A stretch of 63,845 bases of DNA, filler included, from Saprolegnia diclina VS20 (Eukaryota), in assembly GCF_000281045.1 (NCBI RefSeq). It is 12 parts of 7 records of this genome, joined end to end, with 100 filler letters (N's around TTAATTAATTAA, not from the genome) between each part and the next. Parts side by side here need not be neighbours in the genome. Positions count along the whole stretch, not along the records: positions 35,640 to 38,191 come from NW_008246163.1; positions 38,292 to 44,459 come from NW_008246163.1; positions 44,560 to 49,443 come from NW_008246164.1; 9 more parts are not named here. One strand, written 5' to 3'. The position numbers were made by a program, and so were the translations under genes. Shown piece by piece: positions 36,890 to 47,420 of the stretch. Numbering within the stretch: position 1 is the stretch's first letter; every line of letters begins with the position of its first letter. The notes under the pieces are model-generated. The model saw only the letters and a list, made by a program, of their open reading frames with translations. It was not told where the DNA came from and ran no database searches.

Positions 36890-37940
36890 TCATGCTTGCT
36901 CCACTAGCATCGCCTCGAGGCGCTCAACAATCACGGGAAATGACGGACGCTCTTGGGGATCAGGATGCCAACACTTCTCCATGAGTGTGAACAAGGCAGC
37001 GGGCCACTCGGATGTGCGGACAAAGACAGGGCGGTAGTGGTGCTGGACAATAAACTTCAAGATCTTGGCCTCGGGGGCATCCACGTTGGCATACGGCTAA
37101 TGTTTGGTAACGATCTCGACAATGACTAAAATCATTTGGTCAACACATCGAGAGACGTGGCAGTATACGTACGCATTGCAAAGCTGTAGACGTCGACCTT
37201 CTCCGTGTACACATGATTGCCGACGAGGATTTCTGGCGCGGCGTAGAATGGAATCCCAATGTTGGTCATCGGTCGCGTGTCGATTTCGCGGCAAAACGTG
37301 TGGCTGCCAATCTTGGCGCCAAATTTTCTACAGAAAAAGGTGTGCACTCGGATGCACGCTGCAGCGGTGTACGTGAGGTGGACAGAGCTCGCCGTCAGTG
37401 AGCGGTGAATGATGTCGCGGTCGTGGAGGTAACGCATGCCTATGGCCACGTCGAGCAGGATCTGGAGGCTGCTGCGAACGTCCAGGAGCGTTTGGCTCTC
37501 CAAGAGGCTGCGCAAGACGCCGTTTGCAGTACGCTCCGTGACCACGTAGCTACGCGTCATTTAAATATGAGGCATATTGGAAGAGGAGGCGACTCGTACA
37601 AGGCGTGTTCTTTGTGCATCATGCAGCGCAGCGCCAGCATCTTGCTTGCCTCGGTCGTCTCGCCGAAGAAAAGGGAGCCCATGCGCACGGGGAACCGCAT
37701 CGTCGCCGGCAAGGTGTCGAGAGGTAGTACGTAAATGAGCACATCGACACCCCACAGCGTGCCTGCATGGACGGCGGTAAACGGCGCAGTCACTGGCATG
37801 TCGAGAACTTTCCCGACGTCCACGATGCCTTCGTCCGGGGTGCACAGCGTGTCGAGGACGGAGGCGAGAGGCGTAAGCAGTGCGTTCATGTCGTCCAAAA
37901 TCAAAGTGATATCGCGTGGCTTGCCGAGAGTGCGTGACAT
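36890..37940 (-). CDS. TKL-like pseudokinase, multi-exon
   Basis: DVAIGMRYLH, IHRSLTASSV (no catalytic Asp/Asn), KIGSHTF (no DFG), YAAPE, EKVDVYSF, CWHPDPQERPSF. Confidence 0.8.
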
Positions 37941-38291
37941 AAATGATCAACCTTGCTTATTAATTATCAACACTTGATAATTAACTCTTACCTACACTTG
38001 ATTACCGGTACGTTGGTTGGTATGGCGCGTGTGTCCATGTGCGGCTGAGGTCCGCGCACCTGATGGCACACCAGCGAGGCGAGGCACCATGGCCCACAGA
38101 CCATGAGTGAGTCACGCACCCGACCAGACGATCAATAATGGAACTTGATCATAACGAGGGTTTGGTGTTTATGACTAAGAAACCCATGTCTNNNNNNNNN
38201 NNNNNNNNNNNNNNNNNNNNNNNNNNNNNNNNNNNTTAATTAATTAANNNNNNNNNNNNNNNNNNNNNNNNNNNNNNNNNNNNNNNNNNNN

Positions 38292-38815
38292 GACCCCGCT
38301 GACCCCGGGTTTCACTTTTACGGCTGGACGTACCTCTACGACTGGGTGCTCGGTCGGCGCGAAGTCATTTCGTTCCAAGGCGATGTAGGTCGTCTCAATC
38401 TCTTGAGCGACTACCAGCTCCCACTCGCACAGCAGGTCCAGGCGTCGAACCTCGCAGCGAACCTCGTCCTGTACTTTCGGGCTGGCGTCCAATACGTCAC
38501 GTGCATGATGCTTCTCGTCTCGGCCGTCGTCGTTGGCTACATGCTCCGAGCACCCACGTGCTTTCAAGGCAGCAACCTCTTGAAGCTCAACCGCGTCGGT
38601 GGTCTTGTCTGGGTCGGCCGGCCGCTGCTCTTTCTCCGGAGCGCGACGGCCATCTGCCTTCTCTGCACGAGTGGCGTCGACCTGCGCTTCTCGGGCTACC
38701 TCAGCTTCTTTCAAGTCGATCCCGCGCCGTGGTACAAGGTGCTTCTCGCGGCGTGGGAGGTCTCGTGGTTCGTCGCGGTCGTCGACGACATTTTGCTTGT
38801 CGCGACGCAAGAGTA
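38292..38815 (+). CDS. Internal fragment of a large Saprolegniaceae-type multi-TM protein family member
   Basis: FYGWTYLYDWVLGRREVISFQGD and NRVGGLVWVGRPLLFLRS motifs, recalled from Saprolegnia/Achlya/Aphanomyces hypothetical proteins. Both ends lie in gaps. Confidence 0.7.
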
Positions 38816-39125
38816 NNNNNNNNNNNNNNNNNNNNNNNNNNNNNNNNNNNNNNNNNNNNNNNNNNNNNNNNNNNNNNNNNNNNNNNNNNNNNNNNNNNNN
38901 NNNNNNNNNNNNNNNNNNNNNNNNNNNNNNNNNNNNNNNNNNNNNNNNNNNNNNNNNNNNNNNNNNNNNNNNNNNNNNNNNNNNNNNNNNNNNNNNNNNN
39001 NNNNNNNNNNNNNNNNNNNNNNNNNNNNNNNNNNNNNNNNNNNNNNNNNNNNNNNNNNNNNNNNNNNNNNNNNNNNNNNNNNNCCTGCGCTCCGCCGCCC
39101 GACCTCGTAGGTCTATTTATGCGAC

Positions 39126-39322
39126 TGTTCTCACTTGTCGAGCGAGATGCTTGTTGACAGTCGGTGTGAAAAGCGAAAGTGAATGACATGTTAGCTTACG
39201 GAGCTAGGGACTTTGTTCGAATATCGAAAAGGACGCTTCAGAGAGTCGCGGGTTCGGATTGGTCCACGGAAGGTCGCGCCTCTTGGTGGAGGCTCTTCGT
39301 GAAAGGGCACGGATCCAGAACA
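39126..39322 (-). repeat. 3' LTR (197 bp), termini TGTTCT...AGAACA
   Basis: 6-bp terminal inverted repeat, preceded on the minus strand by the PPT GAGGGGAG (39323-39330). Bases 39126-39218 are identical to 44367-44459. Confidence 0.93.
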
Positions 39323-39475
39323 CTCCCCTCATGCGAACCCCTACTAGTCTGTGGAGACCTTGAGGGATTCGATTACCCGTGCGATCTTCTTGGCGGAGCT
39401 CTTGCTCTTGATCGTGCGCACGTAGTCGGCAATCGCCTTCGGGATATCTTCCAGCATGGTTGCGAGTGGCTCCCA

Positions 39476-42400
39476 CTAGCTGTCTTCTTCATCGAGCCCA
39501 AGCCACTTGATGTGGACTTGCCAGGCCTTGTTTTTTGGATCTTGCTTGATGTCGAGAATGCGGTCGAGGAAATGTCCGCCGGCTGCGTGGGCAATGGAGT
39601 CGACAAGGTCCGTCGTGACCTTGAGCGAGGCGTCGCGGTAGTGCTTGAGGCGCGTAATGTGACACTGAGTGATCGAGTTGTCACGGAGGTCTTGGACTTC
39701 GTAAATCCAGTCGTTGATCGTTGCAATGACCCTGGCGGGTCCGTCCCATCGGATGCTGAGCTTCTTGGCGAATCTTGAGTCGCGCTTGCCGATCAACACG
39801 TAATCGCCGATCTCGAAGTTGGCGCTCTTGACGTGCGTGCGGTCGTTGAGTTGTTTGCGTCTTGCGTCGCGCCGCTTCTGCGCCGTCTTGTCGAGCTCAC
39901 GGTGCATGGACTCGAACATCTTGGCGGCCTCAGCTAGTTGTTGTCGTTTGGCCTTGAGGACTGTGTTGAGGTCAGTCGCTTCCTTCGTGGTCGGATGCAC
40001 GACGATCGTGATCGGCTTCGTCGCCTCGAGGTTGAGAAAGGCCTTGGCGGGGGACGTGCCAGCCAAGCGATCGGAGGGCATGTGGTTGAGTGCTGACTGC
40101 ACAAGGGGCAAGACAACACGCCACTCCTTGGGCGGGAGCTTCATCTCGGAAAGCAGGGCACGCGCAATCCGGACTAGGAGCCGGTTCACGACTTCGATCG
40201 TCCCGTTCGACCATGGACAATACGCGAGAGTAAAGTGGTGCTTCTGCGCGTACTGGTTCGTGAGACCTTGGACCACTTGGTTGCGGAAGTGGCTGCCACG
40301 GTCGCTGACGAGGACCTTTGGAGGGCCAAACTCGGCAAACCAGCCAATCAAACCCGAGGCCGCGGCGTCCGCTGTCGGGGCATCGCATGGCACAAGCCGC
40401 GCGTAGCCAGTGCAATCTTCCTTCAAGACCAGTAGGTACCCGGGGTCCATGTAGATGAAGTCGAAGTGCAGGACCTCGTTGCGAGACGTCGAGTGTAGCG
40501 CTGCTCCGTACGGGCGCGGTACAGTGCTGCCATCCGATCGTAGGCAGTGTAGACAACCACCGACGAAGTCCGCGATGTCGGCGGCCATACCATCCCAGCA
40601 GTACTCGGTTGAGATGGATGTTGCTGTTGCCGCCTTGCCTCGGTGACCGCTGATGCCCATGTGCCCAATGACGCAGATGCGTAGTTGCAAATCCTTGGCG
40701 TCTCGGGGCAGCCATACGCGGTGGCCATCAGTTGTATAGACGCCACGAGCTTCGTCAAGCTTTAGACGAGTCTTTTGCTCGGGGTCGTTGGCCAGTGCGC
40801 TGTCCTGCGCGCACCGTATCTCGCCCCCCGATGGCCACGCGACGGCGTCGGCAGCCAAAGGATCAGGCACGTGATACAGGGCCAGTACGTGTAGAGGTCG
40901 TTGATCGTCATAGAGAGCAGTTGGAGCACCCCAGCGAGTCAAAATGTCGGCCCACACGTTGTCTTCACCGGACACATGGTGGATAGTGTAGGTGAAGGCG
41001 CGAAGCGTCGTCGCCCAGCGAGCCAGCTTCGCGGCTTGGTATTTCTGCACCGTCGTGACAGCCGACGGGTTGAAGATGTAGATCAAATTGCGGTGGTCCG
41101 TGAGGAAAATGAAGCCACCCGGGCGCAAGAGGAGATAGTCCAGGCGGCGACAAGCCATGACGAGAGCGTAAGCTTCCTTCTCGACCACAGACCAGTTGGC
41201 ACTCGAGCCCTTGAAGGCGCCGCTGATGCAGGCCAGCAGCTCGTGCCGTTGCTCCGCAATGGGCTTGTCCACGTCCTCGGCGGGGATCTGGGTGACCATG
41301 ACCGACCAGTGTGTTTGTGAAGCGTCGGTAGAGACAAGTACGATCTTGTCCGGATCCGGTGTCGCCAGAGGCACCATGTGGATAAGAGCCTGCTTCAGAG
41401 CCGCAAATGCCGAGATCTCGGTCGGGCCCCATTCGCATTCAGATAAAGGGACCGTTTTCAACTTGATGCTTTGGCGCGAGCCAGCCTGCTTGCACGCCAA
41501 CTCGAGGCAGTCGACGAGAGGAGCCGTCAAACTGGAGAAGCGCGGAATGCTCGCGCGCATCCAGCCCGTGGCACCCAAAAGTTGTTGCAGCTCGGCGCCA
41601 GTCTGGGGCGGCGACATGTCGACAATGCCTTGGATGCGGGCCGGGTCATGCGAGATACCAGCCTCAGAGAAGACGCGTCCGCACCACGTGACCTCAGAGG
41701 AGAAAAAGTCACACTTCTCGGGGTGCAGCTTGAGACCATAGTCCAGGCAGCGTTGGAGGACGCGCCGAAGGATGTCCATCATGTCGTCGACCGACTTGGC
41801 GTAGATGATGATGTCATCAACCCAGGCCATGATGTTGGTAGCCATGAGGTCAGCACCAAAGACTTCGTGCATGGTACTCTGAGCGTAAGCCACCGCGTCA
41901 ACGCAACCCATGGGAACACTGGTCGGTTGGAACAGACCATCGGGCGTCATGAACGTGAAGTATTCTTGGGACTTGAGCGCGAGAGCGAGTTGCCAAAAGA
42001 ACTTGTACGCGTCGAGTTTGACAAAGATCTTGGCGCCTTGCAGCCGCAGCAGGATACCCTCGAGATCGGGCATCGGGAAGGTCTTGGGAACCGTCTGCTG
42101 ATTTTGCCGGCGGCAGTCCAGCGTCATGCGGAGCGACGTGCCTTTGGGTACGCAGTAGGCAGGCGAAGCGTATCGCGACGCTCCGACACGTACGGCACGC
42201 TTGGCCGCGATGAGCTGACGTAGATGCTTGCGCAAGTACTCCACGTGTGTCGGAGGGTACCGTCGGGATTGGCAGAAAAAGGGCGTCGCGTCTGGCGTGA
42301 GCTCCACTTCCAGAGGCGCGACCTTGACGTGAGGATCGTCGCCACGGAGTTGTAGACGGAACACATCGAGGAAGGAGTCGACGATCGCCTGGAGCTCCTT

Positions 42401-44350
42401 GCGTTGCGCAGCGTTGAGCATTGGGTTGGCTGCCACCTGGGTCGCGAGGATGTCCTGGATCTTCTTCATCTCGACATCATGTGGCATGGCGTCGGGGTCA
42501 GGGTCGACCTCATCATCCGACTCCATGTCGTCGTCGCCTTCGACCAGCGTGAGGATCTGCTGGCCAAAGCCCTTGGATTGCACTGCCCCGAGGTCCCACT
42601 CGGTGCGTAGCGCACGAGACCGTGTGAGGAAAGTGTCCGTGCCGTAACCCATGTGGTTCATCATAGGACGCGAAAGCGTGAGACCGATCTTCGACGAGTC
42701 AAGCACGTGGAAAACACCATTGCGCGCGAGGACGCTGCCTTCGGACGTTGCAAACGACACTTCTGCCAGCGTCGCTGTCCGTTCGCACTTGATCGTGGAG
42801 CCGTCGAACTGGGTAAAGTTGACAGCTCGGCTCAACCTCGCTTCCGCCGCGGGCTTGCCCTGAGCCTTGAGCGCTTCCAAGAGACCACGTGTGACCACGG
42901 CCGTATCCGCACCCGTGTCCCAGAGCGCATCCGGTACCGTGATCACGCCGTGTACAACCGCCTTTGTCGTGCCACTGTCTTGTTCGGGCACCACGCGCAA
43001 CGAGCGGAGCATCTGCACCGTCTCGGACTCGGCCTTGAGTTTTTGCTGCTTGACCTTCTTCGCCTTCTTGGTCGGCTCGTCCGACGGCTTGGTCGTGCCT
43101 GCATCTTGAGCGGGCTCGGGTGTCGCTTCGTCGATCGTCGTGATAACGAGCTGGTGCTGACGCGCCTTGCTCCTCGCGTCCCGGTACGCCTTCAACAGCG
43201 TTTGGTACTCGGCGTATGTCGTCTTCGGACAATGGTACGTCAGATGTTTACCCTTGCACTTGGTGTTGAAGCACTTGTAGGGCTCGCCTTTTGCGTTGGT
43301 CGTGGGGCCCTTGCCGTCACCACGCGTGTCGGGTGCTCGTGGCGGTAGAGGCTCGGCCGCCTTGAACGCGTTCTGCCGTGAGTGGGCTGGCGCGCGTCTG
43401 TCCTGCGGCTTGCTGACGTTGTCCGGAACGAACGCGTAGTATGCCTCCATGCGGAGCTCCACGAGCTTGAAGAAGTCTTGTACGTTCCCGAGTATACCAC
43501 GCCACTCGCCATCGAGGTCGTTGCGGATGACCGTCTGGACTTGAGTAGGACGGATCGTCTCCACGAGGGCCTTGATCGCCTGCTTGGGCTGCAAGTCGTT
43601 GTAGTCGTGGTAGTTGTACTTCTGGAGGAGCGCGTAGTACTGGGCCTTCCACACCATCACCAGGTTTTCAGCGTCGTTGGAGTCAGTCGGCATGATGACG
43701 TTGTCCGCGATCAACGTCGGCATGTGGCATCGCGGCTTGGGCCGCGTGTCGTATGCGTTCTTGAAGTAGTACTCGACCGCCTCGTGCGAGAGGTGGTCCA
43801 CGCTGATGCCAATGCCGTAGGCCGTGATGAGGACGTGGTGCTTGGGCAGCACCGTCATACCGATCTTCTCCGGCACTGCTTGGTTGTACGGCGTCGAAGC
43901 GGCCTCGCAGCGCGACACGTAGTTCGAGTACGCTTCCCAGTGCGCAATGCGATCCGCGCGATCGACACTGCCGTTCCACATCGGCAGCGTCGGGTGCTCG
44001 GCCGAGCGCTGGATGAACGTATGTTGACCGACGTCCGCCGGCGGAGGTGGCGGTCCCGGCGATCCAGGTGGATAACGAAATGTCGGGCTGGGACCGACTC
44101 GCGACGTGAAGAGGGACTTCCTCGCAGCTGGCTTGACTTGGGAGGCCAGCAGATCGTTGAGGGACATCTTGGTATCGGGCATGCCAGAGCCAGCGAAGCT
44201 GTCGAGTGGACCCTTCTTGGGCTTGACCTCGCTCTTGGGCGCGACCTCGATTCCATGTTGTTCGAGCAGGGCTTGGAGACGGCCGCCTTTGACAAGGCGC
44301 TCGAGCACCGCCTCTTCTTCCGTGCTCGTAATCTCTTCCTTGACAGGCAT
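39476..44350 (-). CDS. Gag-Pol polyprotein (1624 aa; nonsense codon within the chromodomain)
   Basis: Zn knuckle CFNTKCKGKHLTYHC, protease LWDTGAD, RT AWVDD, RNase H STDAS...VEKE...TDH...N..AD, integrase HHCC plus DFI/SDRG/E, chromodomain IKWLG...*WEP. Confidence 0.96.
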   Translation of the reverse strand: MPVKEEITSTEEEAVLERLVKGGRLQALLEQHGIEVAPKSEVKPKKGPLDSFAGSGMPDTKMSLNDLLASQVKPAARKSLFTSRVGPSPTFRYPPGSPGPPPPPADVGQHTFIQRSAEHPTLPMWNGSVDRADRIAHWEAYSNYVSRCEAASTPYNQAVPEKIGMTVLPKHHVLITAYGIGISVDHLSHEAVEYYFKNAYDTRPKPRCHMPTLIADNVIMPTDSNDAENLVMVWKAQYYALLQKYNYHDYNDLQPKQAIKALVETIRPTQVQTVIRNDLDGEWRGILGNVQDFFKLVELRMEAYYAFVPDNVSKPQDRRAPAHSRQNAFKAAEPLPPRAPDTRGDGKGPTTNAKGEPYKCFNTKCKGKHLTYHCPKTTYAEYQTLLKAYRDARSKARQHQLVITTIDEATPEPAQDAGTTKPSDEPTKKAKKVKQQKLKAESETVQMLRSLRVVPEQDSGTTKAVVHGVITVPDALWDTGADTAVVTRGLLEALKAQGKPAAEARLSRAVNFTQFDGSTIKCERTATLAEVSFATSEGSVLARNGVFHVLDSSKIGLTLSRPMMNHMGYGTDTFLTRSRALRTEWDLGAVQSKGFGQQILTLVEGDDDMESDDEVDPDPDAMPHDVEMKKIQDILATQVAANPMLNAAQRKELQAIVDSFLDVFRLQLRGDDPHVKVAPLEVELTPDATPFFCQSRRYPPTHVEYLRKHLRQLIAAKRAVRVGASRYASPAYCVPKGTSLRMTLDCRRQNQQTVPKTFPMPDLEGILLRLQGAKIFVKLDAYKFFWQLALALKSQEYFTFMTPDGLFQPTSVPMGCVDAVAYAQSTMHEVFGADLMATNIMAWVDDIIIYAKSVDDMMDILRRVLQRCLDYGLKLHPEKCDFFSSEVTWCGRVFSEAGISHDPARIQGIVDMSPPQTGAELQQLLGATGWMRASIPRFSSLTAPLVDCLELACKQAGSRQSIKLKTVPLSECEWGPTEISAFAALKQALIHMVPLATPDPDKIVLVSTDASQTHWSVMVTQIPAEDVDKPIAEQRHELLACISGAFKGSSANWSVVEKEAYALVMACRRLDYLLLRPGGFIFLTDHRNLIYIFNPSAVTTVQKYQAAKLARWATTLRAFTYTIHHVSGEDNVWADILTRWGAPTALYDDQRPLHVLALYHVPDPLAADAVAWPSGGEIRCAQDSALANDPEQKTRLKLDEARGVYTTDGHRVWLPRDAKDLQLRICVIGHMGISGHRGKAATATSISTEYCWDGMAADIADFVGGCLHCLRSDGSTVPRPYGAALHSTSRNEVLHFDFIYMDPGYLLVLKEDCTGYARLVPCDAPTADAAASGLIGWFAEFGPPKVLVSDRGSHFRNQVVQGLTNQYAQKHHFTLAYCPWSNGTIEVVNRLLVRIARALLSEMKLPPKEWRVVLPLVQSALNHMPSDRLAGTSPAKAFLNLEATKPITIVVHPTTKEATDLNTVLKAKRQQLAEAAKMFESMHRELDKTAQKRRDARRKQLNDRTHVKSANFEIGDYVLIGKRDSRFAKKLSIRWDGPARVIATINDWIYEVQDLRDNSITQCHITRLKHYRDASLKVTTDLVDSIAHAAGGHFLDRILDIKQDPKNKAWQVHIKWLGLDEEDS

Positions 44351-44366
44351 TGAGAATTAAATTTAA

Positions 44367-44459
44367 TGTTCTCACTTGTCGAGCGAGATGCTTGTTGACA
44401 GTCGGTGTGAAAAGCGAAAGTGAATGACATGTTAGCTTACGGAGCTAGGGACTTTGTTC
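44367..44459 (-). repeat. 5' LTR, partial (R/U5 end)
   Basis: 93 bp identical to 39126-39218. Confidence 0.93.
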
Positions 44460-44775
44460 NNNNNNNNNNNNNNNNNNNNNNNNNNNNNNNNNNNNNNNNN
44501 NNNTTAATTAATTAANNNNNNNNNNNNNNNNNNNNNNNNNNNNNNNNNNNNNNNNNNNNGTGAGCGCCAAGTCGCTGACGAATCGCTTCGATCTCGTGGC
44601 GCACGTCCAGCGGGAAACGTCTTTTTTGCAGCAATTGCGCGGATGAAGAGGCTATCGATCGGTCCATAGGGTATTTAGGTATGTGTATGTAAGAACACAT
44701 GTATTTATAAACATATGTATATCTAGAAACATATGGTGTTGTTACAAAGGCGTTGCATACGCATCGACTAGCAAT

Positions 44776-44934
44776 CTGGAGGCGCTCGCCGACGGTTTAG
44801 ACATCCTAGTATCTCGGTACTGCTAAGACAATGGTGCCAAATACGCGATATTGCTTGTGGCGTCGCTCGCAGGCGTCACATATGCCTTCGTGTGCGCGCC
44901 GCTCGATCAAGACCATGCCTACGAGTCCATCAGC
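44776..44934 (+). pseudogene. Inverted, degenerate copy of part of the neighbouring gene (45898-46056)
   Basis: LEALADGLDILVSRYC*DNGAKYAILLVASLAGVTYAFVCAPLDQDHAYESI versus WEPLADALNILVSRWCSDNGVEHATLLVASLAGVTNAPVCAPLDQDYVYECI. Confidence 0.85.
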
Positions 44935-45330
44935 AGAGATGGCCCAACCGATCAATTAGCGCTTGTCAAGCAACTAGGTTCCTAAAATGTTGCTGCCACG
45001 TCGTTTGTATGGCGCGCACTCGTTTCGCTCCCGCCTATTTTCGCGCTACTCGCTTCGATCGTTCAACCGCTGCCTCCCTTGTCCAGCTCAGCTTAGTTGT
45101 CGATGATGACACTTCAAGTCGTCAATGCGATATAGTGCGATGTGTCCCACGCTCCATCCAGCCCTACTACTTGAGAACGGCGTTCCGCCCTCGCTGCGAC
45201 GTCGGCTTCCTCTCGGCCGCGGACCTCGCCTCGCCTTGACAAGTTGCTGTAGTTGGAGCGTAGACAGAGTGGAACAGTTGGATACAAGGGTACTAGTACA
45301 TAAGACATTTCTTTAGTTTAGTTGCTGCTA

Positions 45331-47420
45331 TCACGCCGCCTCTCGCATGCGCGCGGAGAGTGCGGCGCATATCGACGGCGTCAGCGCGCTGGCCTCGCCC
45401 ACAAAAACAAGCGCTTCGAGCCCAAAGCGACATGCCCACTGGCGCCAACTCGCTTGCAGGTAGGCTTGGTCCAAGCACCGGCTCGGATCACGTTCCAGAA
45501 GCCAGAGCAAGCGCATTAGCGATGTCTGGGTCACGACAACGTCCTTCACGCATGCGTCGACATGGTGCAGCATTGTATTGAGAAGCGACTCGAGATTGAG
45601 AGCCGTGTTGTGCGCAAGTGCCATCGAAAAGGCCAAAGGTAAATGCACGAGCGGCCGACGCAGCTCTTTGCACACTACGTCAACCACTGACGCCGTCGGT
45701 GGCCATAGAAAGCCATCGACGAGACTGAGCGCGACGGCAGGCAAGTGAGCCTGAAGCCATCGGTCCGTGTCGGCGCCACGGTCGCAGTAGTGCTCCATGT
45801 ACAGTGCGTCAGCGACGATTTGCTGAAGCGTGTCGTCTGGCATCGGCTCCAGAACGTGTGGCTTGAGAAACGCCGTGTGCAACGTCGCCCACAGCCGCCG
45901 GATGCACTCGTAGACATAGTCTTGATCGAGCGGCGCACACACGGGAGCATTTGTGACACCAGCAAGCGATGCGACAAGCAATGTCGCGTGTTCGACTCCA
46001 TTGTCCGAGCACCATCGAGACACGAGGATGTTGAGAGCATCGGCCAGCGGCTCCCACCCATACTTGGCGAGCTGGTTTTGGATCCACGGAGCTAGCAGTG
46101 ACAGTGGACACGTCGCGCTTACCGTTGCGCACTGTCGCAGAAAGCGACGAATGCAGTCGACGTCGCCAACGTCGTCGAGCAGCTGGAGCATCGCGTCGTG
46201 GTCGGCGGCGGCGGATGGCCACGGTGCGAGCGCGTCACGACGCTCGTTGTGCAAAAGACGCTAGCAGCGTCGGCCACAAACGCCCGCGCAACCGCAGGTG
46301 CCTCGGCACGCATCGCAGTAGCAAAAGCAGCACCGCCCATGACATTGACGAGGTGCTGCTTTGGCCAAAAGACCAGAACGACGTTGATACCGTATCGAGG
46401 TCGATTGGACGGTGGCGTCACGAGCTCTGTGATCTGGACGTGGCGCAAGTCGGTGGACGCAACGGTCGCCGACTGATGGTGCCTCGCAAAGTGCAGGATA
46501 CCATCGACCTCCGAGTACACGGCGAGACCGATGCCGTAGCACTCGGATGCGAGCAGAGCGTCAAGTAGCGCGGTATGAGTTGGCTCGAGGGCGCCCCAGT
46601 CCGGCGCTGCATGGCGGCGACACAAGTGGATGTGAACGCCATACAGAAGACCGAGAGGCGGGTGCATCGCGAGTTGCTTGAGAAACAAAATGCTTCGGTA
46701 AATAGGACCAACGTCTCGATCGGCATGCAACGATGCGCGCAATACGTGAAACACGAGGGCCACGCGCGGAGGCGCCTTTCGCACCGTGGTGCCAGTACCG
46801 ACGAGCTTCGTTTCCGGCGACAGGAGGGCATAGTGCACACAGTGTGTCTCCAGCTCGCGCCACGGATGGGTGGCAACGCTGTCTTTTTGTACAAAGTCCA
46901 AGCCGAGTTGACACGCGTCGGCTGGTGCAAGCAAGACGACGAGGGTCGCGATCGCATCGTCGTGGCGCGTGATTGGCGCCAAGCTCGCCGCGTCGTGCAG
47001 CGAGTCGATGCTGAGGTGTGAGAGCGCGAGGCGGTCGTCGGGCCGGATACACTTGAGCACCGTCGAGAGTTCACAGTGCAGTGATGAGGTCCAATCGTCA
47101 GAAATCTCAACGTCGGCCGCTGGAACGATCGTTGTCTGGCGGATACGCTTTGGGCCCCAGACGAGGACGACATTCTCGCCAGATACGGCTTGTCGACGCA
47201 GCAGTGTCGCCGATTTTTTGGGATAGCGCTCGGCTACTTTGCGAAGCATCGGGTCGCTCGATGGCAGCTTAAGTGGTTTGGACATGCCAGCAATCTGGAG
47301 CACGGGAAGACGATGGTTGTAAAAGAAGTTGGTCGTCAAAAGCGACGGAGGGCACTCCAAGATCGAGGCCAGAGTCATCGGCTGGTCTCCTACCGAACCC
47401 CCGTGGTGCGCGCCAGCCAT
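45331..47420 (-). pseudogene. Saprolegniaceae-type hypothetical gene (degenerate 2OG-Fe(II) oxygenase-like N-terminus), apparently frameshifted near 46200-46260
   Basis: Two long overlapping ORFs in different frames (46119-47462 and 45331-46254) with no obvious intron. IATLVVLL and RVALVF segments resemble a double-stranded beta-helix (DSBH) fold. Confidence 0.5.

Larger units (their letters stand above)
39126..44459 (-). mobile_element. Ty3/Gypsy chromovirus LTR retrotransposon (5' LTR truncated by spacer)
   Basis: Two LTR copies, a PPT, and a single gag-pol ORF in PR-RT-RH-IN-chromo order. Confidence 0.97.

Noticed and set aside
41800..41830. RT active site WVDD instead of YxDD as a sign of inactivity
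   Set aside because: Both aspartates are intact, and W at this position is, to my recollection, common in oomycete Gypsy RTs.
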